Below are positions 50,005 through 62,000 of a stretch of DNA of 64,000 nt, piece after piece. The translations under genes and the position numbers were made by a program. This stretch comes from Cyanophora paradoxa CCMP329 (Eukaryota; Plantae; Glaucophyta), in NCBI GenBank assembly GCA_004431415.1, contig QPMI01000572.1, positions 62,001 to 126,000 of the forward strand. The letters run 5' to 3'. Below the pieces are notes generated by a model. It did not search any database. It saw nothing but the letters and a program-made list of their open reading frames with translations, and was not told where the DNA came from. Each line of letters opens with the position of its first letter. Within the stretch, counting starts at the first letter, position 1.

Positions 50005-53000
50005 ATGCCCACGCAGGAGGCGCCCCAGGCGCCTCCGAGCCAGGTGTGTGCTCTCAACACTCCCGTGCGCTGTAAGCGCCCGCGCGCTCCGCTTGTGCTG
50101 AAAGGTCCGTTCTCCGCCGTGCAGGCCGGCTCGTCGACTAGGGAGGCCAAGGCCAGCGTGACGAGGTCGCGGTCGATGCCGAAAGAAGGATCAGCCTCGG
50201 CGGCAACGGATCTGGTAGTGACGCCGAAGGAGGTCGTCCTGCAAGCGATAGAGCGCGGCGACCGGCACACGGTCAGGATAGCAGCGAAGAATGTCAGCAA
50301 GGTCACGCGGCGGATCCGCTTCATCGAGCCGACGGCAAAGGGCTTCACGCTGCACCACGGGGGCACGGCGGCTGTGGCCCCCGGGCTGGAGCTCGTCGGG
50401 GAGCTCGAGCTGCGGCCCACGGAGGATCGCGACTACCACGACAAGATGTACGTCTGCATCGACAACGACCGCGTCGAAGTGCCCATCAGCGGGTGAGCCG
50501 CCCGCCCCCCGCCCCGCCGCCCGCCCCTGCCGCCCGCCCCGCCGCCCGCCCCCGCCGCCTGCCCCCCGGCCCGGCGCGCCCGCGATAGCTGAGGGCCGGC
50601 GCGGCAGGTACCGCTCGGCGCCGGAGATCGTGTTCGACGGGTACATGAACTTCGGGATGTGCCCGGTGGGCCTGACGCAGGTGCGGTACGTGGAGCTGAG
50701 GAACGAGGGGCACCGCGCCGGCCTCTTCTCCTTCCGGCACGACGCCGGCCTCCCCGTGCGGATCGTGCCGGCGACGGACACGGTGGAGCCGGGGCGCTCG
50801 GTCCGCGTCAAGGTGGAGTTCACGGGGTCGGAGCTGGGACCCTTCCGCGCCCTCGTGCAGGTCGAGCTGGACGGCCGCACCCCCTTAAAGGTCCTCGACG
50901 TCAACGCCGCCGTCGTCGAGCAGAAGGCGCGCCCCCGCGAGCTTCGCGTTACGCCCCGCGCGCCCCCTGGCGCCCCGCGAGCCGCCCCCCCGCGCGCAGG
51001 TCGAGCTTGCCTTCCCGAGCGGGGGCGGCCTGGTCTCCAGTGCGCCGTACCCCCCTTTTCCGCCCTCGCGCCCCTCACGGGCGGCAGACGTGTACTTCGG
51101 GTCGCTCTACTTCGGGCAGGAGCGGACGGTGGAGACGTTCCTGATCAACAACGGGCCCCTGCGCTGCTCCTTCCTCGCCGCCATCGCCTCCCCCGGGGCC
51201 GCCGGCGACGGCTCCTCGCCGACGCCGGAGGAGGCGGAGGCCTCGGGCCCAGCGGCCGCGTTCGAGGACCCGTGCATCGCGGTGTCGCCCGTGCAGGGCG
51301 TGCTCCCGCCCTACTCCAAGGTCCCCGTCACCTTCCGCTTCTACCCGCGCGAGCGCGAGGTCCAGAAGGGCTTCCGGAGCGCCGGCGTCCAGGAGCGCAC
51401 GACGGAGCACTTCCACGGTGCGCCCCCCGCCCCGCGCCCTCTCTGGGTCCGAGCGGCGCGCGCCCGGCAGCGATGGCGGTGGTGGAGGTGCTGGAGCAGC
51501 CGCAGCAGATCCGCGTGGACCTCGGCGGCAAGGGCATGCGGCCCGAGGTCGAGGTCTCCGAGTCCTCCCTCAAGTCCGCCCCCGCTCCCCTCTCTCTCGC
51601 CTCTGGGCCCCTTTCTCCCGCCTCTGAGCGCCGCGGGGGCAGGTTCGGGGAGTGCGCCGTGCACGGCCGCAAGGACGTCGCCCTCGTCGTCCGCAACAAC
51701 TCCTCCGAGCTCCCCTTCGACTTCGGTCCGTGTACCCCCCCCCTCCGTACCCCCGCCAACGCGGCTCGGGCGGCGCAGAGGTGAAGAGGATAGCGAACTT
51801 CCGGGCGGCGCCCTCCGAGGGGCGCCTCAAGCCCCTCCAGTCCCAGCAGCTCATCGTCACCTTCGCCCCAAACCAGGTACCCCCCACCGCGCCGCGCCGG
51901 CCGCATCCCCCCTGACGCTCTCGCCCCGCCCCGCTCCAGCTCGGCCGCTTCTCGGGGACGATCGAGGTCTCGATCTGCGGCGGGCTGCGCACCATCCCCG
52001 TCCGCGTCTCCGGCACGGCATCCAGCGAGGGTGCGCGCCGGCTCCCGGGGGGGTATTGGTATCGAACCCAGCCGCTCAAATCCGGTACCCCCCGCAGCGC
52101 CCAAGAAGGCGGCGAAGGGCGGCCCGCTCGCGACGGACGACGACTTCCGGCCCCAGTTCAACTTCGTGAAGGCGCGTACCCCCCGCCCGCGCGCCCCCCC
52201 GCGCCTGTCTGCGGGCCCCTCTGACTCGGGGGGTACAGTCCGGCGAGGTGCCTGGCGGGGACGCGGCCGGCGCTGCGGTCGCCCTCGCGTCCTCCATCAA
52301 GAAGGTCATTCCCCCGCTTGCAAGAGAAGAGGACCTGGTCGCTGAAGCGGTACCCCCTCTCGACAGTTCCGACGGCCGGAGCCGTACGAGACCATGGAGT
52401 GGGTGGACGCGGAGGCGAAGCCGGACGGGAACCCACACGGGTACAGCGTGCAGGAGTACGACGCGATGAAGGCGCACAAGGGGGCGTACACGCAGTTCGT
52501 GCGCGACCAGCGCCAGGCACGCGTCGACCGCATCACCCGCGCCGTGCGCCCTCCCTCCCTTCCTCTTCGCCCGCTCCCCGCGCCGCGCCCCGCTCACTCG
52601 GGCGTCAGACGGAGCGGCGGGCGGACCCGAACGGGGTGGACGTGGGGATGGACCCCGGGGACGGCCTGGAGGAGCCGGTGCCGAGGCTGCCGCGCGTCGT
52701 GGAGCCGCTCTGGATGGCCCGGGCCGCCGGGGACGCCCTCCTCCCCCGCGCCAAGGAGCCCAGCGTCGACGAGAACAGGCCCGCCGCGCCTCCCTCACCC
52801 CTCCCGCCCCGCCTCCCTCACCCCTAACGAGCGCCCTGGCAGGCTCTTCAAGAAGAAGTTCAAGGCGCGGCCGACGACGGCGTCGGAGATCCGCGAGTGC
52901 AAGATGGCCCTCTCCCCCAAGGAGCTCGCCCAGGCCCGCCCCGCCCCGCCCCGCCGCGCCGTGCCGACCTCGCCCTCCCACCCGCGCCGGCGCTGACCCC

Positions 53001-56000
53001 GGCGGGGCTGCCTGCGCAGATCTCGTTCGGGCCGAAGCAGCTCGAGTTCGGGACCGTCTGCGTCCACTCCACGCAGGTCCGAGGGCGTCGCGGGGGGAGC
53101 GGGCCGCCCCGACCCGGCCCGCCCCGGCCCGCCGCCTCACGCGGCGGGCGCCGTGGCGCAGGCCAAGTCGTTCACGGTGACGAACCCGCTGAAGACGCAC
53201 ATCCTCGTCTCCATCGCCGCCGAGGCCGAGGAGCTCAAGAAGAGCGGTGCGCGCCGCGCCGGGCCGCGGGGCGGGCCGCGGCTCCGTCGCCTGAGGGCGT
53301 GCAGGGCCGGAGAGCCAGGTTGTGCCGCCGGGGGCGACGGCCGGCTTCGACGTCGCCTTCTCGTCGGACGTCGTGCAGAACTTCAAGAAATTCGTCCCCT
53401 ACAGGTGCACAGAGGCTGAGGGGGCGAGGGCCGCGGGGGGGCCGCGGGCCGTCTCCTGACCTCGCCCGCCCGCCCCCGCCGCGCAGCATCAACGAGCAGT
53501 ACACGTACAAGTTCACCGTCACCGCCTCGGCGCGCCCGCCTGCCCTCCACCCCCGGCCTCCTTCCCCGCCCTCGCCGCCGTCTCACGGCGCGGGCGGGCG
53601 GGCAGGTGGTGCCGGTGACGCTGCGGCTCTCGCGGGAGGAGATGCACTTTGCCTTCGCGGACGACAACATGTCCCCCGTCGTCACCGACGAGGCGCCCCG
53701 CCCCGCGCCCATCCATTTCTCCCTCCGCCGCGCTGCGCTGCGCCCTCTCATCTCGCCCCGCCCCGCAGGTGCTCATCGCGAACCCGCTGAACCACCGGGC
53801 CGAGTTCAAGTGGTTCAACAAGTCGCCCGTCTTCAGCGCCAACCCCCCCGAGGCTCGCCCCCGCCCGCCCCTACCACCTGCACCGCGAACCGAGCGCGCA
53901 GGGGTACGTGGACGCGTTCAAGTCGCTGCCGATCACGGTCTCGTACCGCCCGACGACCGTCGGCCGCTCCGAGGACGTCATGATCCTCAAGGCGCGTGTA
54001 CCCCCTCCCGCCCCCCTCCCCCTCCCCGAGAGCGAGCGGGGCGGGGGCAGGTGGTGGGTGGCCCCGACGTGCTGCTGCGCTGCACGGGGGACCTCCCCGA
54101 GGCCAAGTGCCTCTTCGTCGAGAAGAAGCTCGAGGTGCCGCCCCTCCCCTCCCCCGGCCCCCGCTCCGCTCCGAGCGAGCGCGGCGGGCGGGGACCAGGT
54201 GGGCAAGTTCGCGGTGGGCTTCTCGAAGGACGCGAAGTGCACGGTCAAGAACGTCGGCTCCAACGAGGCCGTCTTCTGGGTGCGAGCGACCGCCCGGCCG
54301 ATCCCTCCGCTTTGCGGGCAGCCGCCCCACTCACCCCGTCCGTGCCGCACGCCGCCAGGTGGACGTGGCGACGGCGGGGGTGACGGTGATGCCGCGGCTC
54401 GCCCGCGTCATGCCCAACGCCCGCCAGGACCTCCTCGTCCGCCCCCGCCCCGCCCCTCGCTTCCCCCGCCCTCGCCTGACGCGGCGGCCGGCGGGGCGGC
54501 AGCTGAGCGTGTCGTCGGACGCGGCGCAAGTGATCGAGTTCCCGCTCGTGCTGAACGTGCGGGGCGGCAAGGCCCAGAAGATCCCCGTCTCCGCCGAGGC
54601 CATCCTGCCCCAGGCCCGCCCGCACCCCCCCGCCCGCCGCTCCTGCGCGGGGGCCCGCCCCCTGACCGCGCGGCGCCGCAGGTGCGGATCGAGGAGGACG
54701 AGATCGAGTTCGGGCCGGTGTACCTGGGCGTCACGGCCCGGCAGCGCGTCACCCTCACGAACAACAGCCCCGTGACCGCCCAGCTCATCCTCGACCTGAC
54801 CCCGTACCCCGAGTTCTCGATCGAGGGCCTGGACGTGGCGTCGACGCCGGCGGAGGGGCGGGAGGGCCCCGCGGTGGAGGACGACGAGATGGCGATCCAG
54901 GCCCTCTCGCTCCTCTCCGCCGTCTCCTCCGCCTCGGACATGGAGTCCGTGCGGGACGAGCCGCTTCGCGACGACGCCGCCAGCGCCGCTGCCGCCGCCC
55001 TCGCCGCCGACCCCGCCGCCAAGACCGGCTCCAAGTACCAGCTCACGGTCCGCGGGGACCGCTACCTCCCCTTCCACCTCCTCTACACGCCGGCGGCCGT
55101 CGCCCAGCACGCCTTCGAGCTGCCCGTCGCCGTCACGGCGGCCGGGCCCTCGCCGGCGCTGCGCCGGGTCGTCGGGGCCGAGGGCATCCGCCCGCGCCTC
55201 CTCCTCTCCTCCTCGTCGGTGGACTTCGGGTCCCGGATCGTGCTGCGGGACCGCGTGAAGAAGCCGCCGTACGCGCTGGAGTTCCAGCTGAGCTCCAACG
55301 ACGGGCGGCGCCTCGCGTGGGACATGGACCCCTCCAAGGTCCCCGAGGTCTTCAAGATCGAGCCCTCCTCGGGGGCCCTGGAGCCCGGGCAGACCTCCAC
55401 GGTCCGCGTCCTCTTCGCCCCGAAGGAGGCCGGCAGCTTCCAGGCGACGGTGCCCCTCTACATCGACAAGAGCTTCGAGAAGGTCTACGTGGAGGTCTCC
55501 ATCTCCGGCACGGGCGCCCACCCGCGCCTCGAGTTCGACCGCAAGGAGGTCGTCCTCCCCGTCGTGCCCCTGCACGTCCGCTCGACGGCCACGTTCTACC
55601 TGATCAACCAGGGGTACGACAACCTGGAGCTGCGGTACAAGCTCCCCGCGGACACGGCCCGCGTGCCCCTCTCTCTCGCCTTCCCCGAGGGCGCCCTCAT
55701 CGGCATCGCCAAGGAGCGCATCCCCGTCGAGGTCCGCCCGCCCGGATGGACCCCTTCCCCGCGCGCCCCTGCCGCCGCGGCTCACGGGCGCCGGGCGCGT
55801 TCAGGTGTCGTTCAGCTCGCGCAAGGCGATGTCCTTCACGGCCAAGATCGACTTCTTCGACTCGGACGGGAACAAGTTCTCGATCCCGGTCACGGGCACC
55901 GCCGACAACAGCGTGCTGACGACGTACCCCTACCTCTACATCAACGAGGGCCACTACGACGTGATCGTGAAGGAGGGGCGGCCCGTGCAGCTCGTCGACC

Positions 56001-59000
56001 ACCTCACCGAGGCCGCCGCCGCCGCCGCCCGCGCCGCCGCCGCCGCGGGCACGGCCGCCAAGCCCACGGCGGCCGCCGTGCAGGCCGCCGCCGCCGCCGC
56101 GCAGGCGGCGGCGCAGGCCGCGTCGGCGGCCAAGGGCGGCACGGCGGGCAAGGGCGGGAAGGAGGAGAAGGAGAAGGGGCCCGGAGAGAAGCGGGCGCGG
56201 GTCGTGGGCGCCTCGGACCACCACGTCGGCGGCGCCATCACCGAGAAGACCCTGCGGGCGAGCCCTAGGGCCCTTCCCCTGCTCCCCCCGCCCCGCCCCT
56301 CGGGCTCACCCCGGCTCACCCCGGCCCGGGCAGAACCTGGCGCGCTTCCTGAACGCGACGGTGCTGCGGCAGCCGATCTCCGAGATCCCCGCCGACCTCG
56401 TCTCCATCAACGGGTCCGCCCACCCGCTCGGAGGAGCGGCCGCCTCGAAGCGAGCGCCGCTCACAAACGCGCGCGCGCGCATGCGCGCAGGGCCCAGCTC
56501 ATCGAGGTGGTGGAGGCGCTGAGCGGGAAGCCGTTCCCCAACAAGCCGGCCCGCTGGTCCCCCAACCGCAAGGAGGCCGTCGTCCAGGTCCGCCCTCCCC
56601 CCGCCCCGCCCCGCCCCGCCCTGACTTGACGCTGGGCGGTGCGGCCCCGGCCCCGGCAGCTGGAGAAGCTGTACGAGGACCTCCTGGCCTTCCTCAAGAG
56701 CCACGGCGCCCTCCTCAACGCCGTCAAGTCCGCCCCCGCGCCCCGCCTCGCCTCGCCTCGGCCCCGCTGAGCGGGCGGGCGGCCGCGGCAGGCCGGAGTA
56801 CCTGATGGCGTACGAGGACTACGTGAAGCTGCACCAGGTCCGGGAGCAGCGCGCCCGCGAGGCGGCCGGCGCGGCGGCGGCGGAGGCCTCGGGCGCCCTC
56901 GGCGGGGGCGGGAACGACGCGCAGAGCGTCTTCGGCGGGGACGACCGCGACGGGGCCGAGTCGACGCGGGCGCCCTCCGTCGCCGGCCACTCCACCGGCG
57001 GCGGGGGCGGCGGCGGGAGCCGCCCCGTGACGACGGCGCGGCGGGCGCACCACAGCGAGAAGCGCTTCGTGGTCTACGCGCGCGAGGCCTGGGTCGCCGT
57101 TCTCTTCCAGGCCATCAAGGCCCGCCCCAGCCCGGCTCTGCCCGCCCCGCTCCGCCCCGCTCAGCTCAGTCTCGGGGCGCAGGTCTTCTCGCTTGGGCGC
57201 GTGACGGCGAAGCAGCTGCGGACGCTGCCGGGGATGGACCTGGACGAGGGCAGCGCCGCCTACAACCTCGCGACGGGCGTCGGCTCCCTCGCCGCCCCCA
57301 CGCCCACGCCCACCGTCGGCGGCGTCTCCGTCGCCGCGACCACGGCGGCGCCGGCCCCGGCGAAGAAGCAGCAGGCGGACCCGATGCTGACGGGGAGCAA
57401 CCTCTACTCGCTGGGCGAGTCGGTGCTCCTCCGCTGGCTCTCGCTGCACCACGCCAAGTCGAACCCGGGCGCCGCCCGCCGCGTGGCGACCTTCGACGAG
57501 GACCTGCGCGACGGGACGATCCTCGCCGGCGTCCTCCTCTCGCACGTCCCGCAGATGCTGAAGCTGCGGCAAGTCAAGACGGGGAGCCGGGACCCGGCCG
57601 ACTGGGAGGCCAACGCCGAGCGCGTCATCGCCGCCCTCCGCGACCTCCGCCTCGAGTACCAGGCGAGCCAGCCAGCCAGCGAGCCCGGGACGGTTAGAGT
57701 TGATAAAGGACACCCAGTGCAAGCAAGTCTTGCCCGACAGGGCAGAGTCTTAACTCTACCGCCACACCTAAGCCACCTTAGGCTATTTCTCTCGAGCCAG
57801 CGAGCCAGCGCGGCCTCGTCCTCCTCCTTCTTCTTGCGGGCCGCTCTCGGCTGACCGCGCTCGGCGGGCTCGGGGGCAGATCACGGCGCAGGACATCACG
57901 GAGGGGTGCCCCCGTGAGCTCCTCCTCTACGTCCTCTACCTCTACAACCACCTCCCCCAGTTCGTCCCCAAGGCAAGCCGTCCTCTTTCCCTCTCCGTCC
58001 CCGCCGCCTCCTCGCTCGCTCGCGCTCTCGCCGCTCTGCTTACCGCGGCGGCGGGGCAGACGACGATCGAGTTCAACGCGCGGCTGAGCGAGCGGGTGGT
58101 GCGGAGCATCGAGCTGACGAACCCCTCCAAGAAGCCCGTGACGTACGGCGTCCGCCTCACCGAGGGCGCCGGCGACTTCTTCCTCCGGTCCGCCCGCCCC
58201 CGCCCTCCCTCCGAGGCGCCCCCGCCCTCCCGCTCGCCGTCCCCGTCCGACGCGGCGGGGCGGGGCGTGCAGGGACGAGTCGGTGCGGCTGGAGCCGCAG
58301 GGCTCGGCGGCGCTCCCGATCGAGTTCAGCGCGCGCTTCTCGCGGCCCGTCTCGGGCCGCATCGTCCTCTCCTCCGTCCGGGCCCCGGGCTGCGCCCCCG
58401 CCTCCACCATGGTCTTCATGCTCCAGGCGCGGCGGACCCACCCTTTCCTCTCCCTCCTTTCGCCTCGCGGCCCCGCTGAGGGCGCCGCCCTCCTTTCGCA
58501 GGGCATCGTCCAGAGCCGCAAGGCGCAGTCCAGCGTCCGCGTCGAGAGCAAGGCGCGCCCCGCGCCCTTGCCCTCGCCCGGGCCGGCCGTCTCTGATCCG
58601 ACCCGGCCTGCGCAGGTGTACGAGGCGCGGGCGCTGGAGATCCAGGTGGCAAACCCCTTCGCCGGCGACTGCGAGTTCCAGGTCACCCTCGTCCAGGTGC
58701 GCACAGACTCGAGCGAAGGTAGAATCCAGAAAGAACGGTGCTGAAACACGCCCGCCCGCAGGAGCGGGTGCCGGACGAGATCGCGGCGCTGCTGCCCGCC
58801 GCCGCCTCCTCCGGCGCCTCCGGCTCCGGCCCCGGCGCCGCCTCCGGCGCCAAGACGCACCGCGCCGGCGCCGGCGCCGGCGCGGGGGCGCAGACGACGC
58901 GGAGCGGGCATCGGGGCGGCGGCCCCCGCGGCCCCCGCGGCGCCCTTCCAGTTCCCGGAGCACCCGCCGGGGACGGCGGGGGCAGCGGCGCGCTCGCTGG

Positions 59001-62000
59001 GCGGCCTGCCGGACCCCTTCTACGTGAAGCCGGCGCGCGTGCGGCTGCGCGAGGGCGAGTCGACGACGCTGCCCGTCCACTTCCTCCCCTTCGCCATGGG
59101 CACCTACCGCTGCCAGATCCTCCTCCTCGACGAGAAGGCGCGCGGGGGGCGGCCTGCCCCGCCCCGCCCGTCCGTAGGCTGAGCGCGGGGCGGCCGGCCG
59201 CTGCCGCTGCGCAGGTGGGGGAGATGATGTACGAGGTGATCGGGACGGGCCTGCTGCCCGACGCCGTGGAGTCCCTGCGGCCCCGCTGCGAGGCCGGCGG
59301 CACCGCCACCGCCGAGGTCCCGCCCGCGCCTTCGATCCCGCGCCCCCCCCGCTGAGCGGCGGCGCCCCGGCGCCCGGCAGGTGAACGTGGCGACGAAGAA
59401 CTCGGCGCTGGAGCGCGCCAAGCAGGCCGCCATGGACCTCGCCAAGGCCGCCCTCGCCGCCCGCGGCACCAAGGTCCCGCCCCGTCTCGTCCGACAGATC
59501 GGACGCGGGGCGCTGAGGCGTCCGTCTCGGGCGCAGGACGTGAAGGACCGGGACGTCCTCCGCCGCCTCGCCAGCTCCGTCGAGCCCGAGGCCGCCGACT
59601 ACACCTACAAGGCACGCTTTCAGCCCCGCTTGCTCCTCCCTGCTTTGCCTTGCTCCGCTGAGCGCCGCGCCGCGCCGCGCCGCAGGTGGAGTTCACGTCG
59701 TCGTACTACAGCGCCCCGGACCCCCTCGTGCTTCTCTCCGCCCTCCCCGCCGGCAAGGAGCCGGCCGCCGCCGAGCGCCCCGCCGAGGGCGCCAAGGGCG
59801 GCGCCAAGGGCGGTGCCAAGGGTGGCGCCCCGCCCCCGCCCCAGAAGGCGGCGGCCGGCGGAGGCGGGGGCGGGGACCGGCGGAGCGAGAGCACGAAGCT
59901 GGGTGTGCAGTTCCACCCGCGGGCGGCGGGGATCTACCCCGCGAAGCTCGTGCTGCGCTCGCCGCTGGACGTGCGGGTGTACGACATCGAGGGGACGGCG
60001 GTGAGCACGGGGACGCGCGTGCAGCTCGAGTTCGCCGCCTGCGCCCGCCAGACCATCGTCCAAGACATCCCCATCGTCCGCCCCGCCCCGCCCCGCCCGC
60101 CACTCTTTGTCTTCCCTCCCCTCACTCGCCCCGCAGGTGAACGCGACGGACAAGGAGTTCCGCGTGAGCGCGACGGTGACGGGCCAGTACTTCGGGGGCC
60201 CCCGGGAGGTCCTCGTCCCTGCGAAGACGACCGTGCAGTACGCGCTCACGTACCGCCCGCTCTGGGCCGGCGAGAGCAACGGCGAGCTCGCCCTCACCAA
60301 CCAGAACACCGGCGAGAAGCACGTCTACGAGCTCCGCGTGCGCCCGCCCGCCCCCGGCACGCCCCCAGCCCCCGCTCAAGGGGCGTCCCTCCCGCAGGGC
60401 GTGGCGGAGGAGCCGCTGGCGGAGGAGCACGTGGTGATCGAGTGCCAGGCGCGGCGGCCGACGACGCACACCTTCCGCGTGTACAACGTGCTGCCGCCGC
60501 CCGGCAAGGACGGGCCCTCGCCCGCCGAGGTCCCCTACCGCGTCGAGTCCGACGTGGCGATGGTCTCGGGGGAGGGTACGGTCAAGGTCCCCGGGCCCAC
60601 GGCGAACGCCCGGGGGCCCCAGGGCGAGACCGAGTACGAGCTCACCGTCCGCCCCACCCGCGCCGGGTACACATGCGCCGTCTCCCCCTTTGCCTCCTTC
60701 TCTTCTTCCCCACTCTGACGGCGGCCTCGGCAGGACGTTCGCGGGGTCGATCTCGTTCATCGCGCCGAACGGGTGGTACCTGTGGTACACGGTGGAGCTG
60801 CGGGCGCGGGACCCGCCGGCGGAGCGGACGATCGAGCTGCGCTCGGCGCTGCGCAAGGCCGTCGCCGTCGACATCGCCATCACCAACCCCCGCTCCGACG
60901 AGCCCGTCGAGTTCGAGGCGCGCGCGCGCGCGCCCCGCCCCGCGGCCTCTGCAGGCTCGCCCGCTCACGCGTCGGGGCGGGCGCAGGTGCTGGCGGAGGG
61001 GGACGGCCTGCTGGGCGACGCGCTCTTCGTGGTGCCGCCGGCGACGACGGCGAGCTACGAGCTCATCTTCTCGCCGCTCGTGCCGGGCGCCCGCAAGGGC
61101 TCCATCACCTTCCTCAACGAGCGCGCCGGCCAGTTCTGGTTCGAGCTGCTGCTCGTCGGCGAGCCCCCGCTCCCCGCCCTCCTCCCCGAGATGCGCGCCG
61201 AGCTCGGCGCCTCGGCCTCCCAGCCCATCCTCCTCGAGAACCCCATCGGGGAGGAGATCGCGCTGCGCGTGCACAGCACCAACGAGCGCAACTTCCGCGT
61301 GCAGCCGTCCCCCGTGCGGCTCGGCCCGTACGAGTCGGCCGAGGTGTCCCTCCTCTACACGCCCTCGTCCCTGGGCGAGCTGGAGACGGCCGAGGTGACC
61401 TTCAGCCACGCGGCGGTGGGCGACTGGGTGTACAGCTGCAGCGGGCAGGGCCTCCAGCCGACGCAGCAGCCGGTGACCGAGGTCGCCGCGACGCTCGGCA
61501 TCACCTCGACCTCGACGATCGTGTTCCGCAACCCCTTCCCCCGCCCGCTCCCCGTCTCCGTCCGCCTCCTCGCCGCCGACAACGAGCCCGAGGATGCGCT
61601 CCTGGAGGGCGCCCCCGCCGCCTCCTCCGCCTCGGCGGCGGGGCCCTTCGCGCTCCTCCTCAAGCGGACGGCGCGGCTGGCGCTGCCCGCGCTGGGGCTG
61701 CTGCAGGTCCCCATCGCGTTCCTGCCGGAGCGGATGGCCGACCACGCCTGCACCGTCATCGTCGAGGCCGAGGCCGAGGCCGGCGCCCCGGGAGCCCCGC
61801 TCCGCTGGGTCTACCCCGTGCGGGGCGTGGCGGAGGCGGTGGGCGCCGGCGTCGCGGCGCGCTACAAGTGCCGCGCGCGCACGCGCGTGGAGGAGGTCCT
61901 CGAGGTCCGCCTCTCGGGCCTCGCCGGCCTCGGCCCCGCGGCCCTGGCCCGGGAGGCCTTCTCCAGCGAGGTCGCGTACCCCCGGGACCGCGAGCAGGCC

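Noticed and set aside
57691-57792. tRNA, riboswitch or ribozyme in CFAP47 intron 32
   Set aside because: The minus strand has a D-arm-like TAGCCTAAGGTGG but no TTCRA T-loop or acceptor stem. No TPP, twister, HDV or hammerhead core is present.
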